A stretch of 64,000 bases of DNA from Acidimicrobiia bacterium. Its GTDB lineage: Bacteria; Actinomycetota; Acidimicrobiia; Spongiisociales; ZC4RG35. The position numbers were made by a program, and so were the translations under genes. The stretch spans positions 2,912,001 to 2,976,000 of the forward strand of contig CBDBCY010000004.1 of the NCBI GenBank assembly GCA_965203555.1, read 5' to 3'. Under the pieces are notes generated by a model. The model did not search any database and was not told the origin of the DNA. It was given only the letters and a program-made list of their open reading frames with translations. Positions 49,542 through 59,232 of the stretch are shown piece by piece. Each line of letters opens with the position of its first letter. Position 1 is the first letter of the stretch.

Positions 49542-50684
49542 ATGACTGAAGAACTTGGAGTGGGAGTGGTGGGTCTGGGGAGCGTGTTCGAGCCCTACGC
49601 GGAGTTGATGTGCCGGCTGCGAGCAGAGGGACGGATCCGGGTGGTCGCCACCTGTGACATCAACCCCGACCGCTCCGATGCGGGAGAGCGCCTTCTCTCC
49701 GAACCCGTGCGGTTCACCACCGACTACTCCGAGGTGATCTCCGACCCCCGGGTGGACGCGGTGGTGATCCTCACCTCCATGCCGGCCCACGGCCCCATCG
49801 CCCTGGAGGCCCTCCGGGCCGGAAAGCACGTCCTGGTCGAAAAGCCCATGTCGGTGACACTGGCCGGCGCCGAGGCCATCCTGGAGGAGGCCGAGCGCTC
49901 CGACTCGGTGCTGATCTGCGCGCCGGCGGTGGTGCTGAGCCCGACGTTCCAGGCGATCTGGAAGCGGGTGGTCCACCACCGCGAGATCGGTCCGGTGCAC
50001 CTGGCCAGGGGGAGGTACGGCTGGTCGGGACCCGAATGGGGACAGTGGTTCTACCGCCCCGGGGGAGGGCCGGTGTTCGACCTGGCGGTGTACAACATCA
50101 CCGCTCTCACCGCCTGGCTGGGACCGGTCCGCCGGGTGACGGCCCTGGCTGGAACCGCCTACCCCCGACGGGTGGTGGACGGCGAGGAGATCGAGGTGGA
50201 GGTGTACGACAACTACCAGATACTCATGGACTTCGGCGATGCCACCTTCGGGGTGGTCACCACCGGCTTCACCATGGAGCGATACCGGTCGCCGTGCCTG
50301 GAGTTGTACGGCGGCGGGGGGACCATCCAGATGAGGGGAGACGACTGGGCGCCGGAGGGGTACGAGATGTGGACCAACGACTTGGGTGCCTGGGCGATCC
50401 ACGACGAGATCGACCCCCGATGGGACTGGACCGTAGGACTCGAGCACTTGGTGGACGTGGTGGACGGCGCCACCCAACTGATCCAACCCCGCCACGCTTT
50501 CCATGTCCTGGAGATCATGCTGGCCGCCGACCGGGCGGCCGCAACCGGCGTCGCGCAGGACCTCGACAGCACCTTCGATCCGCTTGCATTCGATCCCGAC
50601 TCGATCTACCTCTCCGGTACCGCTCCGGTCCATGACCGCCGGATCATCCGCACCGAGGAACACCTCCGGGAGGCCGACGAATGA
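49542..50684 (+). CDS. Gfo/Idh/MocA family oxidoreductase
   Basis: GVVGLG, AGKHVLVEKP, GGGPVFDLAVY. Confidence 0.92.
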   Translation: MTEELGVGVVGLGSVFEPYAELMCRLRAEGRIRVVATCDINPDRSDAGERLLSEPVRFTTDYSEVISDPRVDAVVILTSMPAHGPIALEALRAGKHVLVEKPMSVTLAGAEAILEEAERSDSVLICAPAVVLSPTFQAIWKRVVHHREIGPVHLARGRYGWSGPEWGQWFYRPGGGPVFDLAVYNITALTAWLGPVRRVTALAGTAYPRRVVDGEEIEVEVYDNYQILMDFGDATFGVVTTGFTMERYRSPCLELYGGGGTIQMRGDDWAPEGYEMWTNDLGAWAIHDEIDPRWDWTVGLEHLVDVVDGATQLIQPRHAFHVLEIMLAADRAAATGVAQDLDSTFDPLAFDPDSIYLSGTAPVHDRRIIRTEEHLREADE

Positions 50685-51550
50685 GTCGCCGACCTTCCCC
50701 GCGGCCCGAGTACGACCGGGCAACCGCCATCCGGTATGACCAGGCCGTCCTGCATCTTTGGGGAGACGAAGATTCCGGATACGTGGGCGACCGGATCTAT
50801 GCGTCGTCGGGGCTCATCCACCTGATCGAGTTCTCCCTCCGGCCCAGGGCGCGTTTCACCCACTCGGAAGGAAACCGCACCATCTTCGCGGCCGACGAGG
50901 TGCTTTATGTAGCCGAAGGCGAGATGCTCCTTGTCAACCCCGAGACGGGCGAGGCGGTGGTAGCCCGGGAGGGCGAATCGGTGTTCTTCCGCCGCGACAC
51001 ATGGCACCATGCCGTCAACCGGAGCAACGACGGGCCGCTGCGGGTGATGGAGCTGTTCGCCCCGCCCCCCTCCACCGGTGCGTCCTCCACCTACGCCCGC
51101 ACTCAGGCCTACCTGTCCGAGTCCGAGTGGACCTACGGCGACGACCGCTGGCTGGGGCGCTGGCCGATGAGCAGGGCAGAGCGCGAGGAGAACCGCTCCT
51201 TCCACATGGTCGCCGAGCGGGACCTGCTGTGGAGAGCCGACCATCCCACAGACGATCTGTTGGTGGGACTGATCTGCAGCACCGAACATCTCACCGCCGG
51301 ACGGGCCCGGTTGCTCCCAGGACAGGAGAGCCTGGTCCGCCGGCACGGAGGGGACCTGGCCATGGTGGTGCTATCCGGGGAGGTCGCGGTATTCCTGCCC
51401 GAGGTCCCTGAGCCTCCCGGTTGGTTCGAACTGGGCGTCGGTGACGGCTTCTACGTTCCCCACGGCACCCGCTATCAACTCTTCGGGCACCGGGGCGGGG
51501 GCGAGGTCCTGTTCGGGGTGGCGCCCGCCTACCTTCCAGGGGACGGCTGA
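50681..51550 (+). CDS. Bicupin domain protein
   Basis: Two cupin-like halves (FTHS...DEVLYVAEG...TWHH; RRHGGD...GDGFYVPHG); ATGA overlap. Confidence 0.75.
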   Translation: MSRRPSPRPEYDRATAIRYDQAVLHLWGDEDSGYVGDRIYASSGLIHLIEFSLRPRARFTHSEGNRTIFAADEVLYVAEGEMLLVNPETGEAVVAREGESVFFRRDTWHHAVNRSNDGPLRVMELFAPPPSTGASSTYARTQAYLSESEWTYGDDRWLGRWPMSRAEREENRSFHMVAERDLLWRADHPTDDLLVGLICSTEHLTAGRARLLPGQESLVRRHGGDLAMVVLSGEVAVFLPEVPEPPGWFELGVGDGFYVPHGTRYQLFGHRGGGEVLFGVAPAYLPGDG

Positions 51551-51568
51551 GTCATCGCAACCCGAGAG

Positions 51569-52456
51569 GTGGCGCTGGCCGTTGACGTGGGGGGGACGAA
51601 GATAGCGGCGGCGTTGGTCGACCGGGAAGGCGGCGTGCATTCGCTCCGCACCGTTCCCACCGGAGCGGCGGGTGCGGAGTCCCTGCACAGGGCTTCGGAG
51701 GTCGCAGCCGCGGTCGCCGCCGAGGCACAGCCCCGGGGATTCGGGGTGGTGGGGACCGGGATCGGGATACCCGAGTTGGTGGAGGATGGGCGCATCACCT
51801 CCCATGCGGTGGTCGCCTGGACCGACGCCGACGTGGAGGAGGCCTTTTCGGCCCACCGGCCGATCCGGGTGGACGCCGACATCTTCGCCGCGGCTCTGGC
51901 CGAGGCGCGAATGGGAGGCGGCGCCCATCAGCCGGTCTCGGTGTACGTCAACCTCGGCACGGGGATCAGCCACTGCCTTCTGATCGAAGGCCGTCCCTTC
52001 GCGGGCCAGCACGGAAGGGCCCTCATGTCCGGCTCGACCACACTGGCGGTCCTCGAGGCCGAAGGGAACCGAGTGGTGGAGGGTTGTGTGGAGGACGTGG
52101 CGTCCGGTCGGGGGATCTCCGAGCGCTACCAGAGCCTCAGGGGAGAGAGCATCCCGGGATCGGAGGTGTTCGAGCGTGCCTCGGCGGGAGACCCCGACGC
52201 TCGCGTGGTGGTGGACCAGAGCATCCAGTTGCTGGGACACATGGTGGCCAACCTGGTGGACATCCTCGATCCGGGGCTGGTGATCGTGGGAGGGGGTTTC
52301 GTCAACGTCCCGGGTCTGGTGGGCAGAGTGGGAGACATCGCCCGCCGGTCGGTCTGGTCCGACCGGGCGCGGGAAACCCCGATCCGGGCAGGTGTCTGCG
52401 GTCCGCTGGCTGGAGTAATCGGAGCGGGCTTCACGCTGCTTGATCGCATACCTTGA
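51569..52456 (+). CDS. ROK family sugar kinase
   Basis: AVDVGGTKI, ALAEA, NLGTGIS, LDPGLVIVGGG, AGVIGAG. Confidence 0.88.
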   Translation: MALAVDVGGTKIAAALVDREGGVHSLRTVPTGAAGAESLHRASEVAAAVAAEAQPRGFGVVGTGIGIPELVEDGRITSHAVVAWTDADVEEAFSAHRPIRVDADIFAAALAEARMGGGAHQPVSVYVNLGTGISHCLLIEGRPFAGQHGRALMSGSTTLAVLEAEGNRVVEGCVEDVASGRGISERYQSLRGESIPGSEVFERASAGDPDARVVVDQSIQLLGHMVANLVDILDPGLVIVGGGFVNVPGLVGRVGDIARRSVWSDRARETPIRAGVCGPLAGVIGAGFTLLDRIP

Positions 52457-52524
52457 GCGACCCTGTCTTTCATCCGGGAAAGGGCCTGTGAACGGGTAAA
52501 ATAAGCAGGTGGGGGTATTGGAAT

Positions 52525-52767
52525 ATGACAGGAGTTCCTGAGAGATTCTGGAAGTCGTTCTGGAATCATCCCGATCCGGCTTCGCTTCGCCTGCCCGAAG
52601 ACGCCGAGTACGTGGCGGGACGGATGTTCAACGGCCCTTGGCCGGATGCTGCTATCTGGGCATCGGTGCATCTCCCCGAAAGCGCGCTGGAGTACTGCCT
52701 TACCCTGCGTTCCACCAACCCCCGGACCAGGGACCTGATCGTCAACGCTCTGAATGCCCGCCCCTGA
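52525..52767 (+). CDS. Small protein upstream of AbiEii-type nucleotidyltransferase (putative antitoxin/partner)
   Basis: 80 aa, FWKSFWN...YVAGRMF; overlaps the downstream start by 14 nt. Confidence 0.6.
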   Translation: MTGVPERFWKSFWNHPDPASLRLPEDAEYVAGRMFNGPWPDAAIWASVHLPESALEYCLTLRSTNPRTRDLIVNALNARP

Positions 52768-53404
52768 TCGCGCTCTCACTCCTGAAGTACAGAGAGTCTG
52801 GGATAGGGTGGGGTCAGTGGCGCCACCTTCCGCTCAACTCCTGGGCGGGACCGCTCTGGCGATCTATCTGGAGCATCGTAAATCCGAAGATCTGGACCTG
52901 TTCGTCCACCGCCCCTTCGACTCCCAGGGACTGATCCGCAGTCTCCGGCGGTTGGGCAAGGTCGAAGCTCCATTCATGGCAGAGGGCACACTCAACTGTG
53001 TGTTTGACAACGTCAGACTCCAGTTTTTGAGAGCGACCGGACAGCGCCGGATAGCTTCGGGCCGAAAGGTAGGGGAGATGCCCGTGGGTTCGTTTCCCGA
53101 TGTCGCGGCCACCAAACTGAAAGTGATAGGAGACCGGGGGGAACTGAGGGACTATTACGACCTCATGTGCATCGAGGAGCAGGGTGCGGCGGATATCCCG
53201 CAGATGCTGGAGTGGTACTGCCGACGGTATCTGCTCGAAAGAACCGATCAGACCGTTTATCACATCGTCCGGGCCCTGGGGTCTTTGCACGACGTCGCGG
53301 ATGACCGCTGGCTCTCCGGTAGCCTCGGCGATCCGGGCTTGTTCGGGAGGGTGACGGAGTACTGGCGCCGTCGCCAACCGGAGATCGCCCGCCGGTTTTT
53401 CTGA
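52754..53404 (+). CDS. AbiEii/AbiGii-family nucleotidyltransferase
   Basis: LLGGTALAIYLEHRKSEDLDLF (GG...DxD), KLKVIGDR, RDYYDL. Confidence 0.88.
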   Translation: MPAPDRALTPEVQRVWDRVGSVAPPSAQLLGGTALAIYLEHRKSEDLDLFVHRPFDSQGLIRSLRRLGKVEAPFMAEGTLNCVFDNVRLQFLRATGQRRIASGRKVGEMPVGSFPDVAATKLKVIGDRGELRDYYDLMCIEEQGAADIPQMLEWYCRRYLLERTDQTVYHIVRALGSLHDVADDRWLSGSLGDPGLFGRVTEYWRRRQPEIARRFF

Positions 53405-53452
53405 TATGGGACCAGTATTGATTTCGAAGCTCTGTAAAGGTAAAGCAGGAAG

Positions 53453-54388
53453 ATGATTCAGCGGCAGGGGCCTTCTCCCCTCTATTACGAGACCAGCCCC
53501 CGTAACCGACCGACTCTCCGGGTGGAGCCGGGCGAGGTGTTCGAGGTGGTCACTCATATGAGTCGGGGTCCCGATCTCTCGGTGGTGCCTCCCGACCTAC
53601 GGGAGGAGTGGTTGAGCCATGAGCCCTATGAGGTCGAGCGAGGGAACCCGTCCTCGGGCGCCACATGGGTGCGGGGTGCGGAGCCGGGGATGGCGGTGGA
53701 GGTCACCATCGAGGCCATGGAACTCGCTCCGGTCGGGTACACGATTTTCGCGGGAGGCAACCTGCTCTTTCCGAGGACGCCGGTCACCACCTCGGACCTG
53801 GCGGCTGCGCGGGTGGTCCGGATCCGGGACGGCCATGTGATCTGGGACGAGAGGCTGGCGCTTCCGGTCCGGCCCATGGTGGGAATGGTGGGCGTGGCTC
53901 CCGCCCATGAGGCCCAGTCGAACCTGCGGGTGGGGGAGTGGGGCGGGAACATGGACGTGCAGGAGGTCGGCCCGGGCGCCAGAGTGCGCCTCAGGGTTAA
54001 TGTCCCCGGCGCCCTGCTGCACATCGGTGACGTCCACGCTCTCCAGGGAGACGGCGAGATAGGAGGGTCCGCCATCGAGACGGCGGGGATCCTGCGTCTC
54101 CGCACAGAACTCTTCGAACTCCCCGAAGAGATGACCTGGCCGCGGATCATCACACCCGAGCGAATAATGACGGTGGCCTCCGGTCGCCCCGCGGAAAGGG
54201 CTCTCCGGATCGCGGCCAGCGAGTTGATCCGGTGGCTCCAGGCCGACTTCGGGCTCCAGCCCCAAGAGGCCCTCCTGCTGCTCAGCCAGGTCCTGGAAGC
54301 ACGCGCCACGCAGGTTGTAAACCCGACGATCACCTATGTGGCCGGGATCAAGCGAGACATTCTGAGGAGCTTGCGCGGAATTCGATAG
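53453..54388 (+). CDS. Acetamidase/formamidase family protein
   Basis: GNPSSG, GAEPG, PMVGMVGVAP, GGNMD, GDVHALQGDGE. Confidence 0.9.
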   Translation: MIQRQGPSPLYYETSPRNRPTLRVEPGEVFEVVTHMSRGPDLSVVPPDLREEWLSHEPYEVERGNPSSGATWVRGAEPGMAVEVTIEAMELAPVGYTIFAGGNLLFPRTPVTTSDLAAARVVRIRDGHVIWDERLALPVRPMVGMVGVAPAHEAQSNLRVGEWGGNMDVQEVGPGARVRLRVNVPGALLHIGDVHALQGDGEIGGSAIETAGILRLRTELFELPEEMTWPRIITPERIMTVASGRPAERALRIAASELIRWLQADFGLQPQEALLLLSQVLEARATQVVNPTITYVAGIKRDILRSLRGIR

Positions 54389-54389
54389 A

Positions 54390-54438
54390 ATTTTCGCGAG
54401 GAATTCTTACCCCTGCCGGGCCCACCCCCGCCTCCACC
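54390..54438 (+). repeat. Dispersed ~50-bp intergenic repeat, copy 2
   Basis: ATTTTCGCGAGGAATTCTTACCCCTGCCGGGCCCACCCCCGCCTCCACC shares TTTCGCGA and TGCCGGGCCCACCCCC with 9137-9188 (inverted). Confidence 0.6.
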
Positions 54439-54653
54439 TGTCCCTTGGTCCGGCAATGTCCGTCCAGCCTGCGGTGGCGTTCTGACGAACCGCAACGGTG
54501 TCGTTGCCCCCGACCGTATGATCCCTCGACGCGGCCCGAACGACGTCGGAACGGACCTTTTTAGGTGCTCGGCTCACATCAATGTGGCCTATTGCAGTGA
54601 CAGATTCAATGCAACTGGCCGGGGTTTCTTCACACCCTCGGTCGAAGCCGGTG

Positions 54654-55631
54654 CTAGTAGGCCACCAATTTCTGTGCAGCGGCAACTATCTTTGCCGCGT
54701 CGGGCCGGTATGCGTCCTCGAGCGGCGGGCTGAAGGGGATGGGCGTGTCAAGGCCTCCCAGCCGGGTTACGGGAGCGTCCAGCCAGTCGAAGCACTCCTC
54801 GGCGACCCGAGCGGCCACTTCGGCGCCCACGCCCACCATGCGATTGGCGGAGTGCACCACCAGGACGCGGGAGGTACGGGTCACGCTGTCGGCCACCGTG
54901 TCGAAGTCGAGCGGCTTCAGGGTGCGCAGATCCACCACTTCCACTTCTATGGATCCGGCGCTGAGCGTCTCCGCAGCGGATAACGCCTGGGTTACCTGCG
55001 CGCCATAGGCCACGATGGTCGCGTCGCGTCCTTCTCTTACCACCTTGGCCTCTCCGATCGGAACCAGGTGCTCTCCCTCCGGCACCGGTCCCCGAAGAGA
55101 CCGGTACAGCGGCTTGGCCTCGAAGTAGATAACCGGGTTGGGATCGCGCACCGCCGAGCACAGCAGTCCCTTTGCGTCGGCCGGGTTGGAGGGCGCCACC
55201 ACTTTCAGGCCGGGGGTGTGGACGAACCAGGCCTCGGGATTCTGGCTGTGGAACGGCCCCGAGCGGATCCCGCCGTCCGACGGCGCCCGGATCACCCACG
55301 GAACCGCTCCTCCGAAGCGATAGTGGATAGTGGCGGCGGATTGGACGATGGAGTCGAATCCGGTGGAGATGAAATCGGCGAACTGCACCTCGATTATGGG
55401 TCGCAGGCCCATCAGCGCCATCCCGTTGGCCATGCCGATGAAAGACTGCTCGGCGAGGGGAGTGTTGAGCACCCGCCGGTCTCCGAAGCGCTCCGCCAGT
55501 CCCTTGGTCACTTTGAAAGCGCCTCCGAATTCGCCTCCCACATCCTCTCCCAGCACCAGGACATTGGGGTCCCTCTGCATCTCGTGCGCGATGCCGTCGG
55601 AGATGGCCTGCAGGTAGGTGAGTTGTTTCAC
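54654..55631 (-). CDS. 2-oxoacid dehydrogenase E1 beta subunit
   Basis: LGEDVG, RVLNTPLAE, EVQFADF, GPFHSQ, VVDLRTLKPLD. Confidence 0.93.
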   Translation of the reverse strand: MKQLTYLQAISDGIAHEMQRDPNVLVLGEDVGGEFGGAFKVTKGLAERFGDRRVLNTPLAEQSFIGMANGMALMGLRPIIEVQFADFISTGFDSIVQSAATIHYRFGGAVPWVIRAPSDGGIRSGPFHSQNPEAWFVHTPGLKVVAPSNPADAKGLLCSAVRDPNPVIYFEAKPLYRSLRGPVPEGEHLVPIGEAKVVREGRDATIVAYGAQVTQALSAAETLSAGSIEVEVVDLRTLKPLDFDTVADSVTRTSRVLVVHSANRMVGVGAEVAARVAEECFDWLDAPVTRLGGLDTPIPFSPPLEDAYRPDAAKIVAAAQKLVAY

Positions 55632-56662
55632 GCGTACACCCGGTCGGTGACGGTGGCGGGATCGGGGAAGGGCGCCGCTTCGGCTTCGGCCACCGCCTGT
55701 GCGATCTCGGCAGCTGCCCAAGCCTCTATCTCCTCCAGTTCGGAGACCCTGGCTCGGCCTTCCTGGAGCAACCGCCGACGGTAGAGGAGCAGGGGATCCC
55801 GGGCCTCCCATTCTTCCAAGAGTTCTCGGGGAACGTATTCGGCGCCGTCGTGAATGGCGTGGCCCAGCATGCGCATGGTCCGGGCTTCGATCACGGTCGG
55901 CCCTCCGCCCTCGCGGGCCTGCTCTACCGCCGCTTTGATGGACAGATACATGGCCTCCACGTCGTTTCCGTCCTCGCTGCGGGCCGAAAGCCCGTAGCCC
56001 GATGCCCGCTCGGCGATGGCGAAAGTGGCCATCTGCTGGTGGAGGGGAGTGGAGTAGGCATATTTGTTGTTCTCCACGATCAATACCAGGGGCGCCTGAT
56101 ATAAAGCGGCCATGTTCAGCGATTCGTGATAGGGGCCGGTGGTGGTCCCGCCGTCGCCGCACACGGTCAGCGCCACCCGGGGTTCGCCGCGGTATTTGAA
56201 GGACATGGCCACCCCCAGGCTGAGCGGGAGTTGCTGGGGAATATGAGAGACATACCCGAGGATCCCCAGGCTCAGGTCGCCCATTCCGTGAAGGTTGGCG
56301 TCGCGTCCCCGGCTGGGACCGGTCTCCCGGCCCAGGAGGTTGCCGAACACCCGGGCGGGGGTCATTCCTCTCACCAGGTAGGCTCCCACATCCCGGTGCA
56401 TCGGGGCGATCACATCTTCGGGACCCAGCGCCATCCCCATCGAAACGCTGATCGCCTCATGGCCCCGTCCGCTGAACGTCCCGCCCAGTCCCCTTCCCTG
56501 CTTCCACATGGTCACCATCGTGTCGTCCAGGGTGCGGGTGAGGCACATCCACCGGTAGAGGTCGAGGCGCAGTCGATTGGTAAGAGCCGGTCCCCCAGCT
56601 TCGGGTTTGGAGAAGAGCGCCTTGTGGAGTTCGGTTCCCAGGGGGTTTTGAGGAGTTGTCAT
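55628..56662 (-). CDS. 2-oxoacid dehydrogenase E1 alpha subunit (TPP-dependent)
   Basis: GHEA, GDG...ENNKYA TPP motif, DGNDV, RMLGHAIHD. Confidence 0.93.
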   Translation of the reverse strand: MTTPQNPLGTELHKALFSKPEAGGPALTNRLRLDLYRWMCLTRTLDDTMVTMWKQGRGLGGTFSGRGHEAISVSMGMALGPEDVIAPMHRDVGAYLVRGMTPARVFGNLLGRETGPSRGRDANLHGMGDLSLGILGYVSHIPQQLPLSLGVAMSFKYRGEPRVALTVCGDGGTTTGPYHESLNMAALYQAPLVLIVENNKYAYSTPLHQQMATFAIAERASGYGLSARSEDGNDVEAMYLSIKAAVEQAREGGGPTVIEARTMRMLGHAIHDGAEYVPRELLEEWEARDPLLLYRRRLLQEGRARVSELEEIEAWAAAEIAQAVAEAEAAPFPDPATVTDRVYA

Positions 56663-57465
56663 TGCAGCAGGGTTCTTCCGATCCGGCGGGCCGTGATGTA
56701 GAAAGCCGCCAATCCCACCACCACCAGCACGCCGGCGTGGCCCACCAGCGTCCAGTCGAAACGCCCCAGAGTGAAGGCCCGAAGCAGTTCCGTTCCGTGA
56801 TAGAGGGGTGAGATTTGCATTATGGGTTGGAGGAAGGAGGGGTACACGCTGAGAGGATAGAAAGTACCCGAGAAAAGGAAAAGCGGCAGGATGACCAATT
56901 GGATCATGTCGAAGTCGTGCCAGCTGCGCATGTAGGTGACGGCGGCGAATCCGGCGGCAGAGAAGGTGAATCCCACCAGCAAAGCGCCCGGAACGGCCAA
57001 CAGGGCCCAGGGCGAGGAAGTGAACCCGGCGAGGAACATCAGTACCAGGAAACCGCTGGCATACACGCCCGCTCTCACCTGGGACCACAGCGTTTCGCCC
57101 AGGACGATGTCCGCTACCCGCATGGGAGTGGCCAGCATGGCGTTGTAGGTGTAGTTGTAACGCAGTTTGAAGAAGACCGAGAAGGTGGATTCGATGACGG
57201 CGCCGTTCATGGCCGACGCAGCCAGCAGCCCCGGCGCTACGAAGGTGGCGTAACTTATGGCAAGTCCGCCCTCGATGGTGACCTGTCCCACGAATGATCC
57301 CAGACCCACTCCCACGGCCAGCAGAAAGAAGACGGGTTCGCAGAAGCCGGCTATTACCACCAGCCAGATGTGCTTGTAGACCAGCAGATTCCGTTGCAGG
57401 AGGCGGGTGGTCCCGCGGGTGGGACGGGACTGTGGTGGGAACAGTCTGGCAAGCAGCAGGCTCAC
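56659..57465 (-). CDS. ABC-2 type exporter permease (NodJ-like)
   Basis: EPVFFLLAVGVGLG, FVAPGLLAASAM, LFLFSGTFYP. Confidence 0.9.
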   Translation of the reverse strand: MSLLLARLFPPQSRPTRGTTRLLQRNLLVYKHIWLVVIAGFCEPVFFLLAVGVGLGSFVGQVTIEGGLAISYATFVAPGLLAASAMNGAVIESTFSVFFKLRYNYTYNAMLATPMRVADIVLGETLWSQVRAGVYASGFLVLMFLAGFTSSPWALLAVPGALLVGFTFSAAGFAAVTYMRSWHDFDMIQLVILPLFLFSGTFYPLSVYPSFLQPIMQISPLYHGTELLRAFTLGRFDWTLVGHAGVLVVVGLAAFYITARRIGRTLLQ

Positions 57466-58238
57466 AGGTTGAGCCTCCTCTTCAACTGCCGGGCGGCCGC
57501 CCACCATCCGACCGCCGTCCATGCCGCCAGGTACCCCACCTCCAGCCAGGGGGAGATAGCGGTGGGTGTACCCACGGCAATCCACCTGCACAACTCCACA
57601 CCGTGCCAGGCGGGGCTCAACACCGCCACAGCCGAGAAGTACTCGGGCATCTGGTCGATGGGAAAGAAGGCGCCCGAGAACAGGAACAACGGGATGATGG
57701 TGAACCGGAACATGGCGATCATGGGCGCGTCTTCCTTGAACCAGGCGGCCAGAGCGGCCATCGGTGAAGCAAAAGCCGTCCCGGTCAACACCGCAGGCGG
57801 CACCGCCGCCATGCCGTTGCCCAGGGAGGCGGCGCCGAACAACCACATGATCACCGCGAACGCCATCGAGACGAAGATCAGGCGAATCACTATCCAGATC
57901 ATCAACCCGGCCAGCAGATCGTTGGTGGTGATGGGAGTGGAGATCTGCGCCCAGTAATTCTTTCGCCATTTGATCCCTACTCTCACCGGCCAGGCCGACT
58001 CGGCGATGGCGGTCTGCATGGCGGAGGCGGCCATCAGCCCCGGCGCCAGGAAGGCGAGATATCCGGCGCCTCCCAGCGCCTGATCGACATCCTGGTCGAT
58101 CAGAGTCCCCAGGCCCACTCCCATGGCCAGCAGGAACAGGATGGGACGCAGCCAGGTGGTAAGCACCGTCCCTCGCCAGTTGCGCCGGTAGAAGCGGAAC
58201 TCGGCTTCCACCACCAGCAGAGCCCTGGGGGTGGTCAT
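57462..58238 (-). CDS. ABC-2 type exporter permease (NodJ-like)
   Basis: FLAPGLMAASAMQ, LFLFSGAFFP, SPAWHGVEL. Confidence 0.9.
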   Translation of the reverse strand: MTTPRALLVVEAEFRFYRRNWRGTVLTTWLRPILFLLAMGVGLGTLIDQDVDQALGGAGYLAFLAPGLMAASAMQTAIAESAWPVRVGIKWRKNYWAQISTPITTNDLLAGLMIWIVIRLIFVSMAFAVIMWLFGAASLGNGMAAVPPAVLTGTAFASPMAALAAWFKEDAPMIAMFRFTIIPLFLFSGAFFPIDQMPEYFSAVAVLSPAWHGVELCRWIAVGTPTAISPWLEVGYLAAWTAVGWWAAARQLKRRLNL

Positions 58239-59161
58239 TCGATCAGTTGGCGGCCGGTGAGCCGCAAAAAGACATCCTCCAGGGTGGAGCGACGGATGAG
58301 GGTGGAGATGGACCGGACGCCCCGCCGACCGAGCTCGGCCACGGTTTCGTCGGCGTCCTGGGTGTAGATCATCACCTTGTCGGGCAGGTTCTCGATTCGT
58401 TCGGAGACTTCTTCGACGATGGGCATGGCGAGACGGAGGCTCCCAGGGTCAAATCGCATCTCCAGCACGTCCTTGGTGGAGTAGCGGGCGATCAACTCCC
58501 GGGGTGACCCTTCCGCCACGATCCGTCCCTTGTCCATCACCACCAACCGGTCGCAGAGTTGCTCGGCCTCATCCATGTAGTGAGTGGTGATGATCAGGGT
58601 GACGCCCTCCCGTTTGAGCTGGTAGAGGCGATCCCAGACCACGTGGCGGGCTTGTGGGTCGAGGCCGGTGGTGGGCTCGTCCAGGATCACCATTTCGGGC
58701 TGGTTGATCAAACCCCGGGCGATGATCAAACGCCGCTTCATTCCTCCGGACAGGGGCTCCACCTGGTCGTTGCGCCGCTCGGTGAGTTGGACGAAATCCA
58801 GGAGTTCGGCGGCGCGGACATCTATTTCCGCCCTGCTCATGTTGAAGTAGCGGCCGTAGGTGAGCAGGTTCTCGTACACGGAGAGTTCCCGGTCGAGGTT
58901 GTCCTCCTGGGGCACCACCCCCAAACGTCCCCGGATCTTGATCCCGTCGACCATCGGGTCCATCCCCAGCACCCGCAGATACCCCGAGGAGGGGGGCGAA
59001 ACGGCCCCGATCATCCTCATGGTGGAACTCTTGCCTGCGCCGTTTGGTCCGAGAAAACCGAAGGCTTCACCTCCCTCAATCTGGAAGTCGATGTTGTCAA
59101 CTGCTGTGAAGTCACCGAATTTCTTGCTCAGACCCCTCCCTATCACCAGTGATTCGACCAT
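58235..59161 (-). CDS. ABC exporter ATP-binding protein (NodI-like)
   Basis: GPNGAGKS, LSGGMKRR, ILDEPTTGLDPQARH, TTHYMDEAE, LEDVFLRLTG. Confidence 0.93.
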   Translation of the reverse strand: MVESLVIGRGLSKKFGDFTAVDNIDFQIEGGEAFGFLGPNGAGKSSTMRMIGAVSPPSSGYLRVLGMDPMVDGIKIRGRLGVVPQEDNLDRELSVYENLLTYGRYFNMSRAEIDVRAAELLDFVQLTERRNDQVEPLSGGMKRRLIIARGLINQPEMVILDEPTTGLDPQARHVVWDRLYQLKREGVTLIITTHYMDEAEQLCDRLVVMDKGRIVAEGSPRELIARYSTKDVLEMRFDPGSLRLAMPIVEEVSERIENLPDKVMIYTQDADETVAELGRRGVRSISTLIRRSTLEDVFLRLTGRQLIE

Positions 59162-59232
59162 TGGAAATAGGTTACCCCTGCCATGACAGGCGGGTGAGGT
59201 GGCCCTGGAAGGATGCTCAGGGCATCGGAGGT

